Shown in pieces: positions 1 to 11,150 of a stretch of 64,000 nucleotides of DNA (position 1 is its first letter; every line of letters starts with the position of its first letter). The stretch lies in assembly GCF_009914755.1 (NCBI RefSeq), contig NC_060927.1; one strand, written 5' to 3'. This DNA comes from the human T2T-CHM13v2.0 reference genome, Homo sapiens. Both the position numbers and the translations under genes were made by a program. The notes under the pieces are model-generated. The model ran no database searches. It worked only from the letters and a program-made list of their open reading frames with translations, and was not told the DNA's origin.

Positions 1-1277
1 AATCTTTAACGGCAAAATAAAAGCTAAGCAAGAGAGCCTTTCAAAACACATGAAAATAGCACACACATACAAAAAAAAAAAGAATAAAGAGATGTACAAG
101 TGACACCTCCTCAACCTTCTCACTTGGTATACATATGCACAGTAAATTATTTTGGGCTCAGCCAAGCATGGGAGCAATTCAAATAGATCCATATGATATT
201 CTCTGATTAGAAACTCTTGTGGAGTAAGTTGGTGAGTGTATCTTTGCCTAAAACAGTCATGTCAAAATATAGCTTCCTATAGCATATTTATTTAGTATCA
301 TTTTGGTGAAAAAGTGATTATACAGAATAGAAAAGAGTTGTCCAAAAATAAGTGGTTGACCTTTCCAGAGCCATAACCTGCAGAATTGTTATGTAAGTCT
401 GCTCCATACTCATAAAGGAATACTCAGCTGACCCAACTGATTTTCTTGTGTTTTTTCCTTCAAGGGCTAGTAGAAGTCTATATGTTGTGGTGGAAAACAA
501 CCTCAGCCCTATAGTCCAACATTTGCCTATCAAAACTTGTCCTATGATTTACAAAACTAGAACCTCACTGGTAAGTCACATTCCTAGAGTCTCCCCCATT
601 CCTAACCCCAGTCACGGAAAATAAATCAAATCATTGTCACTCTTTCTTAACAAAGAGTATACATTTAAAACTTGAGTAAAATTACAGGTACTGTCTGGGG
701 CCTTCAAGGGGGAACTTGAAGTCTCAGTACCGCAGTTGTCCAATCAGAGGATCCAAGATGAATATACTCAAGGACTTTATGCTTGGCATCCTCTGGAGAC
801 AGTACATAACCACCAACTTGGTTTAACTGGAGATTCATTTGGGTTAGGAGAAATTATGTAGGCAATGTACTTAGTCAATGGAGGCCTTATGCCTGAAGAC
901 TTACAAGAATCTGAATTTGTATGTTACTTTTCCTTTAATGGAGTGGAATTCCAAATGAAAATAATCAAACAGCATGTGCACAAACATTAGATATAATACC
1001 CAAATTTACAAAGCCTTTATAGATATGCAAGCGTTATTGCGTCTGTCCCTAGCTTCTGTACAGAATTTCATGGGTAGCTGTTACTATTTTATTGTTGTAT
1101 AAAAATGAGGAAACTGATAAGTTGTCTAAAGGTGCACAATCAAAACACATCAAAGCCATTGTGAAATACAGGTCCCCAGATTTCAAAAACAGATCTTCTG
1201 CTTATAAATTCAGTCTTTTCATACTGCCATAAACTCCAGAATGGGAAAACAAAGTTACTATCAGAAAAGCTTCTTTT

Positions 1278-1567
1278 AGCTGGGAGTGGTGGCTCAAGCC
1301 TGCAATCACAGCACATTGGGAGGCCAAGACAGGCGGATCACTTGAGGTCGGGAGTTCGAGACCAGCCTGGCCAACATGGTGATCTCTACTAAAAATACAA
1401 AAATTAGCTGGGCATGGTGGCAGACACCTGTAATTACAGCTACTTGGGAGGCTGAGGCAGTAGAATCGCTTGAGCTGGGGAAGCCAAGATGGCTTAGTGA
1501 TCCAAGATGGTGCCACTGCACTCCAGCCTGGGTGACAGAGTGAGACTCCATCTCAAAAGAAAAAAGA
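1278..1567 (+). mobile_element. Alu SINE (AluS-like), full length
   Basis: Both Alu arms, TACTAAAAATACAAAAATTAGC linker and A-rich tail are present. Imperfect TSD gaaaagcttctttt / gaaagcttattttt. Confidence 0.95.
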
Positions 1568-1956
1568 AAGCTTATTTTTTCTCCTAATCACCATAATATT
1601 CACTATTAAGTGATGCAAATAGAAATAATTTACTTAGCAAATCCTTTCTAGTTCAAATAATTTGTATACAGGCTGTGCAAACATAATAATGAGAGATTCT
1701 TTTTAGTCATCTTGCTTTAAATCACTAATTACACTATTATTTAATGACATTTTAAAGAAAAACATGTTTATTTTCAAGTAGAAAAGTCATATATGTCCAC
1801 CAAGGAAAGCTGTAACAAATGTAAAATACATAAAAAAGATAACAGCTAAATTTCTAAAGCATTAAAAAAAAAAGACAAATAGAAGGGTGTCAGATTAGGA
1901 AAGTATGTCTTGTAAGGTGTAACGGACAGGCTGATTAGCTTAGAGATGTGGATCTC

Positions 1957-2126
1957 AAAGTGGCTCTCAGAGCAACAGCATCAGGGTCACCTGGGAACGT
2001 GTTAGAAATGCAGATTCTCAGGTACCATCCCACATTTAATGAATCAGAAGCTCAGAGTAGAGACCAGCAATTTGTTTTAACAGGCCCTTCAGGGATTCTG
2101 ATACAGCCGATGTTTGAGAAACACTA
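1957..2126. mobile_element. MER5A-like hAT-Charlie non-autonomous DNA transposon
   Basis: cagcatcagggtcacctgggaa...ttagaaatgcagattctcagg...tgaatcagaa...tttgagaaacact matches recalled MER5A core and termini. Confidence 0.8.
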
Positions 2127-3597
2127 GCTTTGAGTAAACGTAAGAGGGTCACGTTAGTATTTTTAAATCATTGGAAGTTGGTTTGTTTTGTTTTTTCTTA
2201 AGTGGGACTCATTTGTGCTTCAATACACAGAATGGATATTTAGAGGAAGTCGTTTTTGACCTAACACAGATGAGCACTTCCAATTGAACAGCGAGCGCTT
2301 TCTGATAATGGGGCTGCCCCCTACAAGTGAATAACTGGGTTTCTCTAGGCTGGAGCTGCAGACAGGTCACTATGTGTATGGAGAATTGTATTAATATGAT
2401 CGTGGCTCTTTATAGCTCTGCATTACTAATATCCTGTTTTAAAGTCTCTCCTCAATATCCAATGTCTCTGTGTTAATGATGGTAAGGACTGGGTAACATT
2501 AACAATCATCCTGTTGTTGACAACAGATGATAAGAGAAAGCCCAGCTTTACACTCTGTATAATCTTACACCAATGCCCATTCCTTGTCTAATTTTTTTTT
2601 ACATATTAACCCATGACCTTGGCATTACTAAATAAGAAGCCCTCTCACTTAGAACCCAATGCAGTATGATAAAAATTATTTTGAGAACAATCAGGAGCTC
2701 TAGTTTTCAATTCTGCTTCTCTTCCCAAGTAGTTCTGTGCCTTAGTTTCTTCTTTGTAAATTTAAATGGTTGGAATAGAGGATCTGTTAAGTGTGATTCA
2801 AGCTGAAATTGTATGTACCCCACACTGAGTTTTTCTGCTATACCCCTAACCCATTCAACAATCACACCACCAGTTTTCAGGACTCACAGTAGTATAGCCA
2901 TCTATCATTTGTTAATAGGTGTGCTCTTTCATCCAAACAAGCAACTCATGATTTCTGCAGTTTTTTATTCTAGCCAGGTTCTAGGTGCTGGCCTGGAACT
3001 ATAAAACAAACATTTCACAAAAAGTAATGAAAATATACAAAGGAAATACAATTTCTTTGAATATCCATAATCTCAATATGGAGTCTGGCTGTGGATGGCC
3101 AAGAGATAGTTTCCTTAACTGGAAAAAGTTTTTAAATGAGGCTAGGTGGACGATATATCTTTGCATCATTACAAAGAAGAAAAAAGAGAAATCTCACAAC
3201 TGAAGAAAGTGAAATCCACTTTACTTAATGCGGACCTCTGTCTCTGGTGTGCAGGTCCTCTGTGTCCAAAGATAATTAGCACTTTATAGTGCTAATTATT
3301 ATAATTATGTCTGAGAAAAAAATCATTAGGGGGTAGGTCCGTTCACTGATTTTCAATTGCCCCCTCTATTTAAAAATAAGGTCATTTTTCTATGAAATAG
3401 CTTTAGGAGCTCAAAGCAGAAAGAGGGTTATAGAAAATCCTGTGTAGGTATAAGCCTGAGTTTTTAATATTCTTATAATTCTGTGATGTGTCTGGAAACT
3501 GAACCGGGAGGAAAACAGTGAACCTATTTAGTCTAGGAGACTAGAAATCAGGACTCAGAAGAGTAAACATTTCTGTAATAGTTAGTCCTCAAATAGT

Positions 3598-3830
3598 CAT
3601 TCATTGACCATCCACTGGGTTCCTGGCAATGTGCAAGCTGTTTCTAGATGCTACCTCATGTAATAACCATCACAGTTGCACAAAGCAAGTACTAGTACTC
3701 CATTTTCATAGATAAAGAAGTAAAATCTTAGAAATTAGCTGCCCAATGTCATGTATGTAGGAAAGGAAAGCTGGATTCTGATTCATATTTGCTGGTTCCA
3801 AAGCACTTGTTGTAAATACTTCAGTATCCT
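3598..3830 (-). mobile_element. MIR SINE, degraded
   Basis: ccattttcatagataaagaagtaaaatcttagaaattagctgcccaatgtca resembles the reverse MIR core. Confidence 0.55.
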
Positions 3831-4209
3831 GTGCTTACACATAAATGTACTATTTCTGTTAGGTGTCTTGAAATACTGAACTAAAGAATGGTGTAGGGGA
3901 AGGGCAGTTTAGAAATACCTGGAAATTTGGTTGTTTGAAGGAAGCCCACTCTCAAATGGTAGGAGAGCAAGCTAACAGAATAGCTGAGAATATTTTCTGA
4001 GAGCCCCAGAAGTATAAAAACGGTCTAGGGGGAAAAATTTGGGACACAGAGTGAAAATAGCCTGCCTCTGAAGACCAGCTTCATTTCTTCCCCTCCGGGT
4101 GTTAATGAAAGAGCCCTTTAACTTTGCCAGGCCTCAGTTACTATAAAACAACTCCTGCTACTATTACTACAGATCTGACTGCTACTATTACCACCACCAC
4201 CACCACATC

Positions 4210-4345
4210 AGTTACTGAGAACTGAACTAGATGCCAAGCAAAAATGCTAAACACTTCATATACATTATCTTTTTAAACACAAAATGTACTATTAATCCAG
4301 TTTTACATATAAGAAAACTGAGGCTCAAAGAGGCTAAGTAATTTG
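4210..4345 (-). mobile_element. MIR SINE fragment
   Basis: ccagttttacatataagaaaactgaggctcaaagaggctaagtaattt is the reverse MIR core. Confidence 0.75.
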
Positions 4346-4658
4346 TATGTGAACATGCTTTACACTATGTAAAATACCTTATTAGCAGATATCACTATTA
4401 TTAAGAACCTATCAGCCGGAGAGGAAGAATTGGCCTTTTATCTTTCTAAGATGAACAGTTGTCTTTCTGTTTAATGGTTTTTTAAAAATCCCCCTGTGAC
4501 AAGCTCCAGAGGACAAATAATTTATTTCTTGTGGTGTATGGCTCTCTAAATGAATTAATTGATAGGCATCCCATTGTCAGTCTCAGGGATGTGGAAATAA
4601 AACAGGCATGAGATGTTTTTTACCAAACTAATTTGTGCTTTAAACACATAAATAGTAA

Positions 4659-4681
4659 ATATATATATATATATATATATT
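4659..4681. repeat. (TA)n microsatellite
   Basis: Perfect TA run seen directly. Confidence 0.9.
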
Positions 4682-4949
4682 AAAGTAAATGTGTATTTAC
4701 CGTCCCTCCTGCTCCACTTTGAATTCAAGAACCCGTGTCTTTGTTGTGTCATTGCACTGTCAATTGAGAAGTTTGGTTTTGTTTCTTTGAGTATTAGTAA
4801 GTGGAATTAAATAGTAAATATTGCCGCGGGAAAGAAAGGAGAAAAACAGCTCTTCCAATCCATCCCTGTTTCCATTCAATTAAAGGAGGGTGGAAAGAAT
4901 ACTTACGATAATTGTAATAAGTATAATAGAATAGCAGGAGCCACTCTTT

Positions 4950-6234
4950 TCCTTTCAGTAGGCCATTAGGTCAGAACTATTTTCATAGTAATACTAAGAT
5001 GATATTTGCCTTTTCACTGTGTTGGCACTTGTATTGATAAGGCAAAAACAGTGGAGTCTTAGCAAAAATTAAGACCTTGAAAACAAACTGCACTAGGAAT
5101 AATTATCTTCTTCATTACTATTTACTTGCAGGGGGAAAAACCATTTTCGTTTAAGAAAGTCCTTGGTGAAGTAGTAAAAATATTAATTTTATTAAATCTC
5201 AACCTTGAGTACAAGTCTTAAACATTCTGAGTGATGAAAGAGAAGAATATTTGAAGTGCTTCTGCTGCATACCAAAGTATGACAATTGTCTCAAAAAAAA
5301 GCACTTGTGTGATTGAGATGCCAGCTGCACTAGTCCCTTTTGTTTGAGAACCATCATTTTTACCTGAAAGAATCTACAGACAAACTATGGGTATTCAAAG
5401 TTGAATATTTTGCAGACATTTTCTTGCAAATAAATAAAGGGGGCCTGTGGCTTCAGGAAAAACAACTGACAGTATTTTCAGCTGATTAAAAAATTAAATC
5501 TTTCAAGAGATCGTGCCTTGACAGCTCCCCAATACTTCCAAGAGATGGAAGGTAGCATTAATAAATATGTTTTTTGATGTTATGTAACAGAATGTTTTAA
5601 AGATTGTAATATCTGTATAACCATGGAGAACAGTATTTTTCAAATGACCAACACATGGAGTTACATAATCATGAGTGGGTAAAAATGCAAGATAGAAGAA
5701 TGGATTTTAATGCAACAGAGTACAAAACATTCACTTCCCATTTCATATTGCAACTAACCTTTAAGAAACTACAACTTGTTGAATTCTGGGTTTTATCAAA
5801 GAATGTCTACAATTTCTATGAAGAGTCTATTAAAATACTTCTCTATTTTTCAACTCCATGTCTGTATGAGTCAAGACTTTCTTCATGTATGTCAACCAAA
5901 AGCACATTGAATTATAGAAGTAGATATGAGAATCCAGTTGTCTTCTGTTTAGTGAGATATGAAGGAGATTTGTAAAATGAAAAACAAAGCTACTCCTTTC
6001 AGTACATGTCTTTTGGTGTGGAAAATATAATTATTTTTCATAATTTGTTATTTGTATTAACATATAGTGTTTATTATTGTTATTTAAAAATCAATATATA
6101 CACATTTATAATATTCTCAGCTTTAATTTCTAATATGATAAATATCAAAAATATCCATTTCACCAAAACTCTTAGGGGAATTCAACTATTCTGAGCGTAT
6201 AAGGGTCTGAGACTAGAATGTTTGAGAACTGCTG
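4950..6234 (+). mobile_element. Charlie1a-like hAT DNA transposon relic; 5' terminus missing
   Basis: ggtcagaactattttcatagtaatactaagatgatatttgccttttcactgtgttg at the start, degraded transposase-derived body, and terminal tttgagaactgctg at 6221-6234. Confidence 0.8.
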
Positions 6235-6479
6235 GTATAGGGTAATGAATAATTATACAATTATACAATTCTGCTATTTTCAACTTTATTTTCTGCATTA
6301 TAACTTTTCATATTAATGTAGGAACTGCGTATTCTTGATTTTGTGTTCTAGAATTTTTGTGGAAGACTTCAACCTTTTCTTAGATGTTTTTTGAACTAAT
6401 CTCCCACCCCCTTTTTGTTTTCTATTTAGTATTTGCTTTCAGCAAATTATACAAAAAACCAATTATACAATTGGTTTTG

Positions 6480-7030
6480 TAAATTGGATGCAGCATTTCC
6501 ACAGAGCAACTTGTAAAACTGTCAAAACTATTAAAATTTGGCTAACTTTTGACCAACAATTTCTACCTTTAATAGTTTATCCTTTTAAAAAATAGGGATT
6601 TCTACAGACATTTATTTATCAGAATTTCATAATAATTTCTATAATGCAAAATAGCACTTATAAATATGCAGGGTTTGTTTAAATACATTTCGATGTCTCC
6701 TTAAGATAGAATATCACATAACCATTAAAAATATGTTGTAAAAGACTAATTGATGACACAACATTCGTTAATAATATATTAAATTTAAATGATATAAAAT
6801 CATAGCTGTAAGATAGATTTATTTTGAAAACTAAAATGAAAATGCTTTCTCCTCTCCCTATATATTTAAAAGTTTTATTTCTATATTTGTCTATGTATCT
6901 GGAAGTTTAAATAAATAATGAGTAATTTATTTTTCAGGGATGATGAATGATGGGTTATTAGTGCTTTTAAAAGTCTTTTGTGTTTTTCTACCTTCTACAG
7001 AATGTGCATTACTTTTTGTCAGGAAAAACA
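6480..7030 (+). mobile_element. Old L1M (L1ME-like) 3' fragment
   Basis: gtaaattggatgcagcatttc...ttttgaccaacaatttctacct...tgtgcattactttt resembles the ORF2 end/3'UTR of ancient L1. Confidence 0.5.
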
Positions 7031-7279
7031 GTAGACAAAAATGTGGCAGATGAATCACAACTTTCAGATTGACAGTCTTTTACTTCTGAGCTTCAGTAGA
7101 AAAGAGTATATTTAATACATGAATATAATTAGGAAAAAGCAGAGCAGGGCGTTACTGGGGCACTGGGTGAATAGTTGGATAAAGAGCAGTTTAAGACAAT
7201 TGACTTTTATTGATGACCTATTCTGGCTCATGTATTATGTTGGGGCAGAATTGAAAATATGAAATTGCCATTTTTATAG

Positions 7280-7450
7280 GTTAAAAATGTTGAAAATCAG
7301 CATTTATATGTTATTCAAACTATCTCATTTAATATAATAGATATTATTATGCCCATTACACAGTTGAGGAAATAAAGCTCAGAAGTTAAGTAACTTACTT
7401 GGGATGACAAGTTGTTTCTGAAGCATGTTTTCCTGTCTTCAAAGTTCTGC
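7280..7450 (-). mobile_element. MIR SINE
   Basis: attattatgcccattacacagttgaggaaataaagctcagaagttaagtaacttactt. Confidence 0.7.
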
Positions 7451-8537
7451 TCTGGATCAAGTTGAGGGTAAGATCTTTTAAGTAGACAAATAGGATATCT
7501 TCAGTAAATTACATGCAATTTAACTCTGGAAAACCTATTTCTACATATGTGTGATGTCTTTAGGTCCCCTACTGAGTATTCTGCCCTTGGATGTACTAGG
7601 TTATTAAAACTGATTGGTATGCCTTTAATGTGAATAAATGTGTTATAAATAAAGGACAGATGAGTTATCAAGAGCTCCTCACCTGTCTTCTTTTAAAAAT
7701 AATTTTGGAACTCTGCTGAGAGGGAAAAGTAGTATGATAATCTCTGAAGCTCACCATCTACTGTCCTCCAAAACAGCTAAAATAAAGCATAAGTAAAAAT
7801 GTCTACTGCAGTTGGGTAACAAAACCAAACAGAAGCCCCATTTACACTAAAGTGAAGAAAATACTGAAGGCAAAATGAGCTGAAAGCAAATACTAAATAG
7901 AAAACAAAAAGGGGGTGGGAGATTAGTTCAAAAAACATCTAAGAAAAGGTTGAAGTCTTCCACAAAAATTCTAGAATACAAAATCAAGAATACACAGTTC
8001 CTACTTTAATATGAAAAGTTATAATGCAGAAAATAAAGTTGAAAATAGCAGAAACAGACTCTAAGTGTTAAGTTGAAGAAGGCCCAGAGTAAAGGTGACC
8101 TTGAGAAGGAAGAAGTCTAAAGAACTTGGATAAAGCTGCCCCAGTACCACCTGGATAATATATTCTTGGATGTAACTTATCCTAAAAATAACCAGGAGAA
8201 GCAAGAGCTGGAAAGAAACCAGTATGGATATAGATGGATGGAAGTGGGGTGAAGGAAGCATACATATTTGGATCCATGCAAGCATTCAAATTAGGGGGCC
8301 AGATTTGCCCTGTCAATGTGAAATGTCAGAAGAGACATCCTTTGTTTTGGATATGGCAGATTTGACACAATTAAACAATTACATAGGAATTCTTTGAGGA
8401 GGAACTCTCTGGGGATTTACTATTCTGATAAGTTGTGTGGATTCACCATGCTCCTCAGTGGAAGTTTTTTTCTGCTTTAAGAATAGCATCTCATAAAATA
8501 AGCATTTTGCGGAACTGGTCTGGTCCCCAAACATCAT

Positions 8538-8701
8538 ATATATATATATATTTTAGAGATGGGCTCTCACTCTGTTGTGCAGGCTGGAATGCAGTGGCAC
8601 TATCATAGCTCACTGCAGCCTCCCACTCCTGGGCTCAAGTGATCCTCTTTCTCAGCCTCCCAAGTAGCTGAGAACACAGGCTCATGCCACTGCACTCAGC
8701 T
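8538..8701 (-). mobile_element. Monomeric Alu (FRAM/AluJ right-arm type) whose tail has become (TA)n
   Basis: Single old Alu arm flanked by a perfect 12-bp TSD cccaaacatcat (8526-8537 and 8702-8713). Confidence 0.9.
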
Positions 8702-9584
8702 CCCAAACATCATTTTATGTATATGTTAATTCAAATTCAAAGAGTGTATTTTTTGTACATGTAAATTCTATCTATATGTAAATTTTATGTATATGTAAAT
8801 TCAAATTCCCCAAAGAACGTGAAGGTTTCCAAATTAAAGATCAACCCAGGTCTCTTGTGTGCCAGTTCACTGTTTACATGTTTTAATTGAGTGAGATATG
8901 AGTAAACCTTTCCTAAACAAGTGCTTTTCTAAACATTTTCATTCTACTTGTCTTAGTGGTATGAGTGAAGAGCGGAGAAAGAAGTACTGGTAGTGAGCAT
9001 TGGTGTGGATGGCTTGTGTGATTCTATTTGGGGAAGGTGGAAGTTGTATGGGAGTTAGTGATTTATTAGAGGGGATGAGGGAAGACTTGGACAGTCCGTG
9101 GAAATGCAGACTCCAAGTGGCATGCCAATCAGTAGATAAATATCGTTTAGGACTCGCTCAGATAGTATCTATGGCAAAATGTAGAGTATAACATTGACAA
9201 TGCTGGGAGCCCCCTTATCCTTTGGACATCAGTTGAACTTAGCTTGAACCTTCAATTTTATAGCTGTGAAATCTAGTACCTTCCCCAAGATATCTGCGAA
9301 TTTTAAAAATTACTGCCGCATAACTCCCCAGATTTCCTTTTTCCACTGCCATCTTGGAATGATTTCATTCCAACTAGTATAATTACTTTATCCATTCACT
9401 CTTTTCCATAAGAAATTCAATCACACGTATGATTTCATTCCATTAGTAACTTTAATGAACACATAAGATCTTGGGAAGAAATCACACTGGGCACCATACA
9501 GCCTCCTACAACTTCCTGGTTCCCCTCCTCACATTATCTTCTACCTTCCCAAAGCCTGGCCTCCAATCAATAAAGTGAACAAAA

Positions 9585-9699
9585 AATTTATATTGCCCAA
9601 ATCAGGACATTCTAAAATTGAAATAGGGTGTTATTAGTAACTATACCGGAACCACAAGTTTAAACGAGGACTATATGGAAGAAAACTATATTTATCCTA
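9585..9699. mobile_element. MER81-like hAT-Blackjack MITE
   Basis: aatttatattgcccaaatcaggaca...tattagtaactataccggaaccacaag resembles recalled MER81. Confidence 0.5.
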
Positions 9700-10039
9700 C
9701 CAATGTAGTAATATGACCAGTCCCCACTGTAAGAAGCCCTATGGAAGTGTAGCTTCATCTCCTCATCTCTGAGGGCTTCTTTGACTGGGACAGTAGACTT
9801 TCCTTAGGACCCCAGGGTATTTTGAAGAATAAGTTTTTCTCTAATTCATTATAATTGTTTGGTTGTTTAAGTTATTATCAATGGCTTAGCCCTTCCTTAG
9901 CTTTTTTTATGCTCCTCATAAAATTTTTTAAAGCAAAACATAGTTAACCTCAAAATAATCATTTATGTACACATCTATTTTTTCTGCTAAACAGTAAATT
10001 CCTTTAGGGCAAAGACCATATCAAGTTCATTATAGCAAA

Positions 10040-10520
10040 ATGTTCTAGTTGTTCCTCACTATGTTTTCTCCTTTTTCTATCATAAGAGAACCTTGTTTTA
10101 GCTTTAAAAAAAGGTCACTCAGAATTAAAACACATTTCTCAGCCCCCTTTGCAGCTAAGATTGAGCATGTAATATAGATTTATACAATAGAATAGGAGTA
10201 CTAGTTATGTATATACTTTCTGGACATGCCCTCTTTTTGCTAATTCATTATTCCTGCTAGAAGGCATATGCATATAAATATGTTAGTGTGGCAAAGACAT
10301 TTTGTCTAGAGTAGAAGGAGAACCATTTTGGGCCATGCAGTCAATGTCAACACCTTAAAGAGGAGAGAGTCACAATATCAAAAATTCCTGGGTTCCAGAC
10401 ATTGTGGAGATAATATCTGACCTCTGAAATATTTCCTCTTGAGCTTTATGTGAGAAACAAATGCCTATTTTGTTTAAGCCACCACCAATTTGGGTCAACT
10501 TTGCAGCAGCCTAATCCATT
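10040..10520 (+). mobile_element. MLT1 (MLT1I/J-like) MaLR solo LTR
   Basis: acatttctcagccccctttgcagctaag and the 3' motif tttgtttaagccac...ttgcagcagc are typical of old MLT1. Confidence 0.65.
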
Positions 10521-10779
10521 CTCAATAATAAACTTATCTTTGCATTTCTCAGGGTGTCTCATAAGGTATCTCACCCATCAGAGATGCTCAATGAAACATT
10601 TGGTGAATTGAAATAAGATAGGTAAGGAGACCCTGTGAGAGGGTAAAGGATATTTAGTCAAAAGTAAATTCAGTAGAAGCCCAAAGAAGAGGAAAAGCTA
10701 TTTTAAAAGGTTTGAACTTCTGGACAAACTTTCCTGGCATTTCCTAGCATAGCAATTGGGAAATAGAGTCCCAAACCAG

Positions 10780-11150
10780 AGGCAGCACTCTGTCAGCCTA
10801 TGGGTCTAATCAAACTCACAGATGGGTTTTGTTTGGCTTGCATTACACTTTTTTTTAAAAAATGTGAGTTAGTTGCCAACATTCACAAATAGGAAGAGTT
10901 TACATGGAAACCCAGATTTCTGGCTTCTTTTGAAAAATCAAAAGACCTGGCAATTTAGGCCACATATTCTCATATGGTGACAAATTGGCTAGGACTATGG
11001 CATCCCCCTGTAGTTAGGACATGAGTTAATCAGCTCATGATGACAATGACATTGTCTCTCTGACATTGAAACTGTGTGTCAATTGCCATCTATATCACAG
11101 TACTTGCTTTCTTGCTTGTAAAAACTTGGCCTGCTTCCATAAGTGACCCT
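10780..11150. mobile_element. MER102-like hAT-Charlie element
   Basis: gttgccaacatt...ccagatttctggcttcttttgaaaaatcaaaagacctggcaa. Confidence 0.65.

Noticed and set aside
1202-1551. ORFs 1202-1516 and 1306-1551 (also 41020-41235, 42403-42597, 62327-62742)
   Set aside because: They are translations of Alu sequence.
5655-6194. ORFs resembling a domesticated hAT transposase
   Set aside because: They are short, frameshifted remnants inside the Charlie1a relic.
8715-8810. Degenerate ~17-bp tatgtatatgtaaattc repeats (also short tandem pairs at 9359/9429, 30607-30637, 41864-41895 and AT-rich 21830-21900)
   Set aside because: They are ordinary slippage-derived low-complexity repeats with no spacer structure, so not CRISPR-like, and the DNA is eukaryotic.
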